NCBI GenBank assembly: GCA_002269645.1
Contig: NIVC01002484.1
Location: 1 to 40,745 of the forward strand
Direction: 5' to 3'
DNA from: Macrostomum lignano
Taxonomy: Eukaryota
Length of the DNA: 40,745 nt
Shown: positions 1-10,596 of the stretch, in pieces
Layout of the letters: each line of letters starts with the position of its first letter
Position numbering within the stretch: position 1 is the stretch's first letter
The notes under the pieces: model-generated
Databases searched by the model: none
Told to the model about the DNA's origin: nothing
Seen by the model: only the letters and a program-made list of their open reading frames with translations
Position numbers and translations under genes: made by a program

Positions 1-212
1 CTTGCATCAGGCTTAGCGCCATTTACATCAGATTTGCTGACTGTGTAGGTCTTAATCAATTATTTCACTATAATTACCGTGGCTGTTTTCGAGCTCCGAG
101 TACCTGCTAACCAGTGCGAGCGGCTTGCACTTTTAGTTACGAGTGGATTGCATGATGCAAGATGACAGCAGCCAAGAGCCTCTACCGCCACCCCATTTTC
201 TCGCCAACGCAG

Positions 213-447
213 ATCTCGCGAATAGAATTCGTGCACAGCAAGCATCTGATCTATCGCGACATCAAGCCGGAAAACTTTCTAATCGGCCGACAGACCACAC
301 GCAAGCAACACCTGATCCATATAATCGATTTCGGCCTCGCCAAGGAGTACATCGATCGGGAAACTAACAAGCATATTCTGTATAGGGAGCACAAGAGCCT
401 GACTGGAACAGCCAGATACATGAGCATTAATACGCATTTAGGCAGAG
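213..447 (+). CDS. CSNK1G: Casein kinase I gamma, internal exon (catalytic loop to activation segment); upstream exons lie outside the window
   Basis: Acceptor CGCAG at 208-212, donor G|GTGAGT at 448. Translates [26 protein letters not shown]...[14 protein letters not shown]...[19 protein letters not shown], with the CK1 hallmarks [17 protein letters not shown] and [12 protein letters not shown]. Confidence 0.97.
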
Positions 448-739
448 GTGAGTGTGTTTGCTCAATTAATTACATGTGTATGTGTCATGACACATACTAC
501 TACTAGCGTACTGACCTAGGTATTTCTAGAGTTTTTTGTCGATTTTTGTTGTTATTTCTTAAACTTTTATCCTTAAAAGTTTGTGAAAATATACTTCGCA
601 TAAATATACTATTGCTATTTTCTGCCAAAAGAAGGAACAAGCTTCTGTCTAGGTTGTACTTCTTGCGAAAACCCGAAATCCAAGACTTTTTCTAAGAAAC
701 GAAGGTTCTTCTTGAGTTGTGTTTGTAAGCGCCCTACAG

Positions 740-1180
740 GGGGTCTAGCGCGGCGCTCTGGTGTGCTAGCGGCCCAGGCTCGATTCCAAGTGCAGTCACA
801 TTAATTTGGGGCTGAATTGGAATCTCGGCTTGGCTCTGCTCGTGCAATTAACGGCCTTGAGAGCCAACCCCCCAAGGCGCAGTGAAGTGTACGTGCCTAA
901 CGATAAATAAAATCAGGGCCGCTGTACACTCCTGTTTGAGTGTTGTGCCTGGCGTATGACTACGTACGTATCCGCGCGCTTGTGTGCCTGCTCAGGGTGG
1001 TCTGGGCGGAATGGGCAGCAATGCCTCTCGCCGGTTGTGTGACAATGTCGCTTAAAGTGCACCAGGGTGCACACAGCCCCTGGCTCTAATAAACGCCGTA
1101 CACGGGACCACTTCATTCAGAAAAGCGTAAATCATATCCGTGTCCAGAGGCCTCCAAAATCTCGCTTATAGAGAGCTTCT
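740..1180 (+). mobile_element. Possible tRNA-derived SINE in the CK1 gamma intron (3' end uncertain)
   Basis: A-box-like TAGCGCGGCG at about 746 and B-box-like GGCTCGATTCC at 777-787 at tRNA-like spacing, starting a GC-richer island in an AT-rich intron. No TSD found. Confidence 0.3.
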
Positions 1181-1294
1181 AGCTCGTGATCTCAATCAGC
1201 TTGCATTTCTATTTGTTTCATAATCGCGTCAATTTGTTTTTCATTCATGAAGCAATTGAAAAAGCTTTTGTACTTCGTTTTTTATTTTTTCCAG

Positions 1295-1463
1295 AGCAAT
1301 CCGTCGAGACGATTTGGAGGCGCTCGGCCACATGTTCATGTATTTCCTGCGCGGCAGCCTGCCCTGGCAGGGACTCAAGGCCGACAATCTGAAGGAGCGC
1401 TATCAGAAAATTGGCGACACTAAACGGGCACGCCTATTGAAGTGCTGTGCGAAGGATTTCCAG
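1295..1463 (+). CDS. CSNK1G: CK1 gamma internal exon ([29 protein letters not shown]...IEVLCEGFP) with two apparent 1-nt deletions
   Basis: Acceptor TTTTTTCCAG ends at 1294, donor G|GTAAGC at 1464. The exon is 169 nt but both flanks are phase 1, so 171 nt is needed. Restoring one base at about 1301-1303 and one at about 1428-1430 gives the canonical CK1 sequence. Confidence 0.93.
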
Positions 1464-1543
1464 GTAAGCTGGGGGTCACCTGCCCCGTCCGTTTGACTGG
1501 AACTCGTCTCTGAATGCAACCTTTCACTGCTCACTGGCTCCTG

Positions 1544-1820
1544 CTGTCACTCCATTCCACTGTCACTCTATCCTACTGTCACTCCATCATACTGTCACTC
1601 CATCATACTGTCACTCCATCCTACTGTCACTCCATCCCACTTTCACTTCATCCTACTGTCACTCCATCCTACTGTCACTCCATCCCACTTTCACTTCATC
1701 CCACTTTCACTCCATCCCACTGTCACTCCATCCCACTGTCACTCTATCCTACTGTCACTCTACCCTACTGTCACTCCTTTCCACTGTCACTCCATCCTCC
1801 GTCAATTACCTGTCACTACC
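1544..1820. repeat. 16-bp minisatellite (CTGTCACTCCATCCTA-like)
   Basis: Direct reading of tandem units; ends about 20 nt before the acceptor at 1839. Confidence 0.9.
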
Positions 1821-1839
1821 TGGCCTCGCTCGCCCGCAG

Positions 1840-1994
1840 AGGAGATGGCCATCTACCTTCGCTACGTTCGTCGGCTAGATTTCTACGAGACGCCGGACTA
1901 CAATTATTTGCGCGAACTGTTCACCGGCTTGATGACCCGCAATAACTGGACTTGCGATTGGGACTTCGACTGGGTGTCCCGGCAGGACAGAACG
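1840..1994 (+). CDS. CSNK1G: CK1 gamma exon, end of kinase domain ([28 protein letters not shown]...DWDFDW)
   Basis: Acceptor CGCCCGCAG ends at 1839, donor GTAGGA at 1995. The [17 protein letters not shown] motif is typical of CK1 gamma. Confidence 0.96.
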
Positions 1995-2204
1995 GTAGGA
2001 TCGGGGATGTGTACCTAATAATGTTAATAATAATTGGGCACCCTGGCGCAACGCCTTCGGGACATCGTCCCATTGTCAGCGGTTATGCAATTCTGGCCAT
2101 TCTGCCCATTCCACTCACTCCTGATTGAGTAAGAAAAAGCGGAAGAGAACGAGAGAGAGAAAATAAGGGGTGAGAAAGAGAAGGAGAGAGCGATGTGGTG
2201 AGGA

Positions 2205-4347
2205 AAAAGGGAGAGAATAGGGCTGAGATAGAGAGGGAGAGAATAGGGCTGAGATAGAGAGGGAGAGAATAGGGCTGAGATAGAGAGGGAGAGAATAGGG
2301 CTGAGATAGAGAGGGAGAGAATAGGGCTGAGATAGAGAGGGAGAGAATAGGGCTGAGATAGAGAGGGAGAGAACGGGGCTGAGATAGAGAGGGAGAGAAT
2401 AGGGCTGAGATAGAGAGGGAGAGAACGGGGCTGAGATAGAGAGGGAGAGAATAGGGCTGAGATAGAGAGGGAGAGAACGGGGCTGAGATAGAGAGGGAGA
2501 GAACGGGGCTGAGATAGAGAGGGAGAGAATGGGGCTGAGATAGAGAGGGAGAGAATGGGGCTGAGATAGAGAGGGAGAGAATAGGGCTGAGATAGAGAGG
2601 GAGAGAATGGGGCTGAGATAGAGAGGGAGAGAGCGATGTGGTGAGGAAAAAGGGAGAGAATAGGGCTGAGATAGAGAGGGAGAGAATAGGGCTGAGATAG
2701 AGAGGGAGAGAACGGGGCTGAGATAGAGAGGGAGAGAATAGGGCTGAGATAGAGAGGGAGAGAATAGGGCTGAGATAGAGAGGGAGAGAATGGGGCTGAG
2801 ATAGAGAGGAGAGAATGGGGCTGAGATAGAGAGGGAGAGAATGGGGCTGAGATAGAGAGGGAGAGAACGGGGCTGAGATAGAGAGGGAGAGAACGGGGCT
2901 GAGATAGAGAGGGAGAGAATAGGGCTGAGATAGAGAGGGAGAGAACGGGGCTGAGATAGAGAGGGAGAGAATAGGGCTGAGATAGAGAGGGAGAGAACGG
3001 GCTGAGATAGAGAGGGAGAGAACGGGGCTGAGATAGAGAGGGAGAGAATAGGGCTGAGATAGAGAGGGAGAGAATGGGGCTGAGATAGAGAGGGAGAGAA
3101 TAGGGCTGAGATAGAGAGGGAGAGAATGGGGCTGAGATAGAGAGGGAGAGAGCGATGTGGTGAGGAAAAAGGGAGAGAATAGGGCTGAGATAGAGAGGGA
3201 GAGAATAGGGCTGAGATAGAGAGGGAGAGAACGGGGCTGAGATAGAGAGGGAGAGAATAGGGCTGAGATAGAGAGGAGAGAGAACGGGGCTGAGATAGAG
3301 AGGGAGAGAACGGGCTGAGATAGAGAGGGAGAGAACGGGGCTGAGATAGAGAGGGAGAGAACGGGGCTGAGATAGAGAGGGAGAGAATGGGGCTGAGATA
3401 GAGAGGGAGAGAACGGGGCTGAGATAGAGAGGGAGAGAATAGGGCTGAGATAGAGAGGGAGAGAACGGGGCTGAGATAGAGAGGGAGAGAACGGGGCTGA
3501 GATAGAGAGGGAGAGAACGGGGCTGAGATAGAGAGGAGAGAACGGGGCTGAGATAGAGAGGGAGAGAATGGGCTGAGATAGAGAGGGAGAGAATGGGGCT
3601 GAGATAGAGGGGGAGAGAATGGGGCTGAGATAGAGGGGAGAGAATGGGGCTGAGATAGAGAGAGAGAACGGGCTGAGATAGAGAGGGAGAGAATAGGGCT
3701 GAGATAGAGAGGGAGAGAACGGGGCTGAGATAGAGAGGGAGAGAATGGGGCTGAGATAGAGAGGGAGAGAACGGGGCTGAGATAGAGAGGGAGAGAATGG
3801 GGCTGAGATAGAGAGGGAGAGAACGGGGCTGAGATAGAGAGGGAGAGAATAGGGCTGAGATAGAGAGGGAGAGAACGGGGCTGAGATAGAGAGGGAGAGA
3901 ACGGGGCTGAGATAGAGAGGGAGAGAACGGGCTGAGATAGAGAGGGAGAGAACGGGGCTGAGATAGAGAGGGAGAGAATAGGGCTGAGATAGAGAGGGAG
4001 AGAATAGGGCTGAGATAGAGAGGGAGAGAATAAGGCTGAGATAGAGAGGGAGAGAATAGGGCTGAGAAAGAGAGGGAGAGAATGGGGCTGAGAAAGAGAG
4101 GGAGAGAATAGGGCTGAGAAAGAGAGGGAGAGAATGGGGCTGAGATAGAGAGGGAGAGAATAGGGCTGAGATAGAGAGGGAGAGAATAAGGCTGAGATAG
4201 AGAGGGAGAGAACGGGGCTGAGATAGAGAGGGAGAGAATAAGGCTGAGATAGAGAGGGAGAGAATGGGGCTGAGATAGAGGGGGAGAGAACGGGGCTGAG
4301 AAAGAGAGGGAGAGAATAGGGCTGAGAAAGAGAGGGAGAGAACGGGG
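2205..4347. repeat. 26-bp purine-rich minisatellite (GAATAGGGCTGAGATAGAGAGGGAGA)n
   Basis: 26-nt period; explains the three spurious 780-aa minus-strand ORFs, which have 26-aa periodicity. Confidence 0.97.
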
Positions 4348-4513
4348 CCAGATATTGCACGCACACAGACTGAAAAGGAAATTAAATGATCCCATATGTT
4401 CTGACAGCCGGTCACTGGTTCCCAAACGTTAAGTGGAAGTGGACCTTTAAGCATTACATCTTACATGCATCACCACAGTAATTGATAGCATATATTTATT
4501 GATTTGATCACAG

Positions 4514-4603
4514 GGCACCCCGGTGAGTGTCGGTACTGACACAGCGGCCGCAGACAGGAGGCATGGCCATCAGCAGCAGCAACAGCAGCTCTCTACTCAG
4601 AAG
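4514..4603 (+). CDS. CSNK1G: CK1 gamma C-terminal tail exon (GTPVSVGTDTAAADRRHGHQQQQQQLSTQK)
   Basis: Acceptor GATCACAG ends at 4513, donor AAG|GTGAGC at 4604. 90 nt, phase 0-0, open frame that joins the previous phase-0 exon. Confidence 0.8.
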
Positions 4604-4768
4604 GTGAGCAATAATGACCCAATTAAATTCAGTGTTGTATGCTTTTGTATCGAAAATTTTAATAGCTATACGCTTTCTTTGCTACTATAAACAGCCATGC
4701 AGTAGTGTAAGCAGAAACTTTTTACATCCTACCTGGAATTGCAACGCGTGTTTTCCTTCTCACCTCAG

Positions 4769-4804
4769 GCTAATCAGGGATTAAATCCAGCTGCATCTGT
4801 GCAG
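4769..4804 (+). CDS. CSNK1G: CK1 gamma 36-nt tail exon (ANQGLNPAASVQ)
   Basis: Strong pyrimidine tract TTTTCCTTCTCACCTCAG, donor CAG|GTATTA at 4805, phase 0-0. Ends in SVQ, resembling the SVQ-VV motif recalled from gilgamesh-type tails. Confidence 0.75.
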
Positions 4805-5240
4805 GTATTAGCAACTGCAGCCTCTTAAATTAACTATTTTAACAGTAGTCTATATCGCTCGCGAGTTCTTTCATTCACTGGCGCTAGCTGCTTTGATTGG
4901 CGCATAGTGTATACTTTGTTTGTGAGCTGTGCTGTACCTCCGTGCACCTTTCGTATATTTAAATCTATATTTAATTCTGTATACTGCACTTTAAAATCGC
5001 CTAAATGTTAACAATGCCTCATTGGCTATTCTCGTCAATCAAAAAGTTAATTGTACTAGGTATAAACTTTGGGATGTTGTAAATTATTTAAGATATTGAT
5101 AACTTGCAGTTGAACCCTATCTCCTAAACTTCTGTCTTGCCTTTAAATATCGTGCATAGCAGTTTTTTGTAACCTTGTGTCCTCGTTATTCTTTAAGTTC
5201 TCGTCCTTTGTATCATTGTATCTTTCTGACAGACGGTTGT

Positions 5241-5868
5241 TAGGGTAGCGGGTGTCTGAAAACAATGAGGAGGATAGCGGGTGTCTAAAAACAGTGAGGA
5301 GGGTAGCGGGTGTCTGAAAACAATGAGGAGGATAGCTGGTGTCTGAAAACAGTGAGGAGGGTAGCTGGTGTCTGAAAACAGTGAGGAGGGTAGCTGGTGT
5401 CTGAAAACAGTGAGGAGGGTAGCTGGTGTCTGAAAACAGTGAGGAGGGTAGCGGGTGTCTGAAAACAGTGAGGAGGGTAGCGGGTGTCTGAAAACAGTGA
5501 GGAGGGTAGCGGGTGTCTGAAAACAGTGAGGAGGGTAGCGGGTGTCTGAAAACAATGAGGAGGGTAGCGGGTGTCTGAAAACAGTGAGGAGGGTAGCGGG
5601 TGTCTGAAAACAATGAGGAGGGTAGCGGGTGTCTGAAAACAGTGAGGAGGGTAGCGGGTGTCTAAAAACAGTGAGGGTTGCGGCTCTCTAAAAACAGTGA
5701 GGAGGGTAGCGGCTCTCTAAAAACAGTGAAGAGGGTAGCGGCTCTCTAAAAACAGTGAAGAGGGTAGCGGCTCTCTAAAAACAGTGAAGAGGGTAGCGGC
5801 TCTCTAAAAACAGTGAAGAGGGTTGCGGCTCTCTAAAAACAGTGAGGGTAGCGGCTCTCTAAAAACAG
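5241..5868. repeat. 29-bp minisatellite (GGTAGCGGGTGTCTGAAAACAGTGAGGAG)n
   Basis: GAAAACAGTG recurs at 5461 and 5490; a variant unit containing GCGGCTCTCTAAAAAC takes over from about 5677. Confidence 0.95.
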
Positions 5869-6016
5869 ACAGGTTAGGGCGATGTCACTGAGTAAAAAAA
5901 ATTTTGCCAGCATAAATTAATAACTAACTAGCTATATACAGTACCGGCTTTAATGGTATTTCACTGCCTTTCAACTTTTGCTGTTTTTTATTTTATTTTA
6001 TGTTATTCTGAAACAG

Positions 6017-6121
6017 CGACAGCAGAACCAGCATCGGACGGGCGACAGCTCCTTCAACTATCAACGAATGCAGGGCAACAGCCAATCGGAAGCCAGAAAT
6101 TTCGAGTGTAGCACAGACAGG
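6017..6121 (+). CDS. CSNK1G: Candidate cassette exon in the CK1 gamma tail (RQQNQHRTGDSSFNYQRMQGNSQSEARNFECSTDR)
   Basis: T-rich tract plus AAACAG acceptor, donor AGG|GTAACC at 6122. 105 nt, phase 0-0, open, GC-richer than its flanks. No homology recognised. Confidence 0.55.
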
Positions 6122-6221
6122 GTAACCAAGCTAATTAATTTAGGCAAACACAGCGAAAAATACATTTGGCTCTCTGTCTCAGCCCTGCTCCTGCCCTCTC
6201 TGCTCTCCCTCCCCTGTGACC

Positions 6222-6560
6222 AACCTCCGCTCTGCCCCCTGCACCCACCCCATCTCCGCTCTGCCCCCCTGCACCCACCCCATTTCCGCTCTACCCTCTG
6301 CAACCACCCTATCTCCGCTCTGCCCCCCTGCACCCACCCCATCTCCGCTCTAACCCCTGCAACCACCCCATCTCCGCTCTACCCCCTGCACCCACCCCAT
6401 CTCCGCTCTGCTTCCCTGCACCCACCCATCTCCGCTCTGCCCCTGCACCCACCCCATCTCCGCTCTGCCCCTTTGCACCCACCCCATCACCGCTCTGACC
6501 CCCTGGCACCCACCCCATCTCCGCTCCGCCCTCTGCACCCACCCCATATCCGCTCTGCCT
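6222..6560. repeat. C-rich minisatellite of about 30 bp (CTCCGCTCTGCCCCCTGCACCCACCCCAT)
   Basis: Tandem units read directly; same family as 8576-8945 and related to 7365-7850. Confidence 0.9.
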
Positions 6561-7080
6561 CTGCGCGCCTAACACCCTGTTGAATTGCCACAGTTACTAT
6601 TCTGTGTCGGTTTGGTTTCGCGACATAATTTTTCGCTGGTTCAAAGTTTTTGTCTTTTCAAAAAGTTCGTGCTTTTTCTGTTTTTTGTTTCTAATCAAAG
6701 CCCGGTTAAAAAACTTCCTAACTTGATTAGGGTAAATCATTATAGTATTACTAGCAGTAGTTGTTTGCGCGAATTTTGAGCTAATAAAAAAAGTAAATCA
6801 AGGAACTTGCTTATTTAATTTAAACATCATCACTACGATTGTAGCTATTCAATGATTGGTAATCTATATAAACAAATTAAATCTAAACATCTCAGTAAAA
6901 TTTAATTCTGTAAAACTGTCACTTCCCTTATTTGGTTGTTTTCTTAAATTGAAAATAACCGTGGCAGCTAATATTTCATCTAATATTGGCCTGGTGAAGG
7001 CGAGATTGATTAATTTACAAATTAAACACAAATAGCCTTGCTTACCTGTGCGTCTCATCCCCACCTGCACCGTCCCGCAG

Positions 7081-7257
7081 GTGATCGCCTCCGTTGCTTT
7101 CGACCAAGCTGGCGGCGACGCCACCGGCCAGTCCTGCGAGCCCATCGCCCCCGACGCCGACGTTGACGTCGCCTCCGACACCAAGTGCTGCTTCTTTCGG
7201 CGTCGCGCCAAGAAGAATCGGCGCGCCCAGCAGCATCTGCACGCGCCGCGTGCGTGA
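7081..7257 (+). CDS. CSNK1G: CK1 gamma last coding exon with palmitoylation-type motif TKCCFFRRR
   Basis: Acceptor CGTCCCGCAG ends at 7080. Translates VIASVAFDQ...DVDVASDTKCCFFRRRAKKNRRAQQHLHAPRA then TGA, matching the CK1 gamma-specific VEVxDETKCCCFFKR terminus. Confidence 0.93.
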   Translation: MIASVAFDQAGGDATGQSCEPIAPDADVDVASDTKCCFFRRRAKKNRRAQQHLHAPRA

Positions 7258-7364
7258 TAATCCAATGCCTCTGATTTGGACTAAATCTAGCTGCCACATC
7301 CTACTCTGCCGACAGATGCTCAGCTCTTCTATGCTGCAAATCCACCTCACATCTGCCCTCTGCC

Positions 7365-7850
7365 CCCACCTCCGCTCTGCCTTACTGCGCCCACCCCACC
7401 TCCTCCAGTCTGCCCCACTGCGCCCACCCCACCTCCTCCAGTCTGCCCCACTGCGCCCACCCCACCTCCTCCAGTCTGCCCCACTGCGCCCACCCACCTC
7501 CTCCAGTCTGCCCCACTGCGCCCACCCCACCTCCTCCAGTCTGCCCCACTGCGCCCACCCCACCTCCTCCAGTCTGCCCCACTGCGCCCACCCCACCTCC
7601 TCCAGTCTGCCCCACTGCGCCCACCCCACCTGCTCCAGTCTGCCCCACTGCGCCCACCCCACCTCCTCTAGTCTGCCCCTTCGCGCCCACCCACCTCCTC
7701 CAGTCTGCCCCACTGCGCCCACCCCACCTCCTCCAGTCTGCCCCTTCGCGCCCACCCCACCTCCTCCAGTCTGCCCCTTCGCGCCCACCCCACCTCCTCC
7801 AGTCTGCCCCTTTGCGCCCACCCCACTTCCTCCAGTCGGCCCCTTCGCCC
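7365..7850. repeat. C-rich minisatellite of about 33 bp (CCACCCCACCTCCTCCAGTCTGCCCCACTGCGC)
   Basis: Tandem units about 110 nt downstream of the CK1 gamma stop codon. Confidence 0.92.
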
Positions 7851-8575
7851 CATCTACTATCCCTCCAGTAACCTGCAAATCTCTTTTCTATTATTTTAAA
7901 AACACGGATACTATTTGTTAGTACCGCATGTACTTTCCTTATTACATGCGAATTGAGCTAGGCAATGAACTGGCTATCAATATTTGCGTTAATGCTAGCC
8001 GCTTTGGCTGCACAACCGGTTCCTTACGTGCGTGCTGGTTTTGTTTCAACACAGAATGGAACCTGACTTGAAATTGATACGAATAGATTGCCGCCCACCA
8101 CCCCCCCCCCTGTGCTGCACCAGCTTTTGCAATAATGCCTATTCATATTATTGAAATTGAATCGCAATAACGGTTTCTCTTTGTCTGCTTATTGCCACCT
8201 TCGATATATGCGAGTGCCGCACTAGTGTGTTATTGTGTAATAGATTAACAGGATATCAGCGATTCGCCCGAACATGACCTACTTTGTTCCGTGTTGCTTG
8301 TTTCCGTAGCCTTGTACAGTTACATGCCCGTGTAACTTAGTCTCTGTTTGAGTGTGCACTTCTTTTGCTTTTTTGTGTTTTTTAAAATATATACTTGTAC
8401 TCTAAGCCCATATTTACACGAGTTAACAACGCACTCAATGCTAACATGCTGCATAGTGTAATTCAGGGGTCGGCAGTCTCCGGACTGCTCAAGGTTTGTG
8501 TCTGTTTCAGCTTTCTTCTCTGTCCTCTCTCCTCTCTTTTTTATCTCTTCTCAACGCATTTCCTACTCTCTGTCC

Positions 8576-8945
8576 ATCTGCACCCACCCCATCTCCGCTC
8601 TGCACCCAGCCCATCACCGCTCTGCCCCTCTGCACCCAGCCCATCTCCGCTCTGCCCCTCTGCACCCACCCATCTCCGCTCTGCCCCTCTGCACCCACCC
8701 CATCTCTCCTCTCTGCCCCTCTGCACCCACCCCATCTCCGTTCTGCACCCACCCATCTCCGCTCTGCACCCACCCATCTCCGCTCTGCCCCTCTGCACCC
8801 ACCCCATCTCCGCTCTGCCCCTCTGCACCCACCCATCTCTTCGCTCTGCCCCCTTGCACCCACCCCATCTCCACTCTACCCCTTTGCACCCACCCCATCT
8901 CCGCTCCGCCCCTGTGCACCCACCCATTTCCGATCTGCCCCTCTC
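8576..8945. repeat. C-rich minisatellite of about 30 bp, same family as 6222-6560
   Basis: Shared unit CTCCGCTCTGCCCC(T)CTGCACCCACCC(C)AT. Confidence 0.9.
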
Positions 8946-9404
8946 CTCCATTCCCCCCCTTTCCCGTCTCGTCTAGCCCTCAGCCATGCGCTGGATTCTT
9001 TATCTAACCCTAAGATAAAAAAGTTTGCCAACCCCTGGTTTAAAATCGACACAAGCTTTAATAAATTCCCACTATGCCTCTACAATGCTTTAGAAATTAA
9101 TAAGGCGCCATGACTTTTCCAAGCTATGCTGTTGTTATTCTGATAATTGCTACACCCAGAGCCTTGTTGGCATCCAAATTAATTTCTTTGGAATCTCACT
9201 GCTTGTTCACTATTGAGTGCCTGGCACCTTATCGTTCGTTTCGTTTCATCGCCCCAGTTTAGTATTTGAATCCAAATGAAATGATTCAACTTTTTGTAAG
9301 AATTCATTTAATTAACATGATTTTATTTAAATCATCTGTGCACAGTCTAATCTCACATCTTAGTGCTCAGATCAATATTCTCCTTAACACCACCTCATTT
9401 CCTA

Positions 9405-9690
9405 CTCAACAACCACCCCATTTCCTACCCATCAAACCTCCACCCCATCTTTCACCCCTCAAACACCCACCCATTTCCTACCCCTCAAAAACCACCCCAT
9501 CTTTCACCCCTCAAACCCCACCCCATTTTCTACCCTCAAACCCCACCCATTTCCTACCCCTCAAAAACCACCCATCTTTCACCCCTCAAACCCCACCCCA
9601 TTTTCTACCCCTCAAACCCCACCCATTTCCTACCCTCAACACCCCACCCATCTCCCACCCCCAAACACCCACCCCATCTCCTACCCTTTA
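9405..9690. repeat. Degenerate minisatellite of about 25 bp (CCCCTCAAACCCCACCCATTT(T)CTA)
   Basis: Tandem degenerate units. Confidence 0.85.
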
Positions 9691-10317
9691 AGAACTTTAC
9701 CTATTTTTTAGTCATTCTGCCTGCCTGGTCACTATGGTGTGAAGCAAAACATTAATAGTTGCGATATTGCTTTAATAGCCAGCTAGTGGAATAATTTAAA
9801 TTTCCCGTGGTTTTCTGCGCACCTAAAAACGTCACTTTCCTTGCTCCTTACTTTCGCGCCCCTGTTTGTTTGCGCTAATTACACAATATAACTGTAGGGG
9901 CACGCCAGGACGCAAGATTGCATGCATTGAATTTGCAAGCCCTGTGTTTTTTATTTTTTATCCTATTGTTTCATTCCCTTATATTTTTCCTCAACTGAAT
10001 ATGACGCATTATAAATGAGTAAGTTAGATGAGAGTATACATTTATATAATGATCGTTTTGCGTTGTGCCTGCTGTTACAATTCGCTTGTACTCTTAAGTA
10101 AGTAAGAAAAACAGATTTACCGTTCTATGACACTCTTTCAAATATAAAGCTGTCAGCGTTAGTGTTCTCTTTGCTAAATAAATGCTATGATTGTGTCTAG
10201 CAGACACCTGTAGCCCCCTCTGTAACTTGACCTGTTTGTATATTTATTAACATCATTTGCAACTTTTAGTGCAGACTTTTTGTTTTTTTATTTCATTCGT
10301 TCGCTAAAATTTTACAG

Positions 10318-10596
10318 GTAATAACTGATTACACCTGCCCTAATACTACAGATGTGCAACCGACAGCTCAGCCGCAGCTATCGCGCGGCGCATCTGAAGG
10401 CTGAGTACGGCTGTTCAGTCCAAGGACTGGGGGGTCGCCACACACAGCCTCTATTACCCCAGCTAATGCTCGCACCCATTTTACAGCTGGGTGAACTGAA
10501 GCAATGCAGAGTCAAGTGTCTTGCTCAAGGAAAAATTGTTCAGATGGGATAGAGAATCGAACCCCCGACCTACGACGGTGACTACGATACTAGCCT
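10318..10596 (-). mobile_element. tRNA-headed SINE with CORE-like central domain
   Basis: Minus strand has a perfect B box GGTTCGATTC (10554-10563), followed by CCTTGAGCAAGACACTTGACTCTGCATTGCTTCAGTTCACCCAGCTGTAAAATGGG (10475-10530). This aligns by eye to the MIR-type CORE segment CCTTGGGCAAG..ACTT...CAGT...CTGTAAAATGGG. Ends are approximate; no TSD found. Confidence 0.7.
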
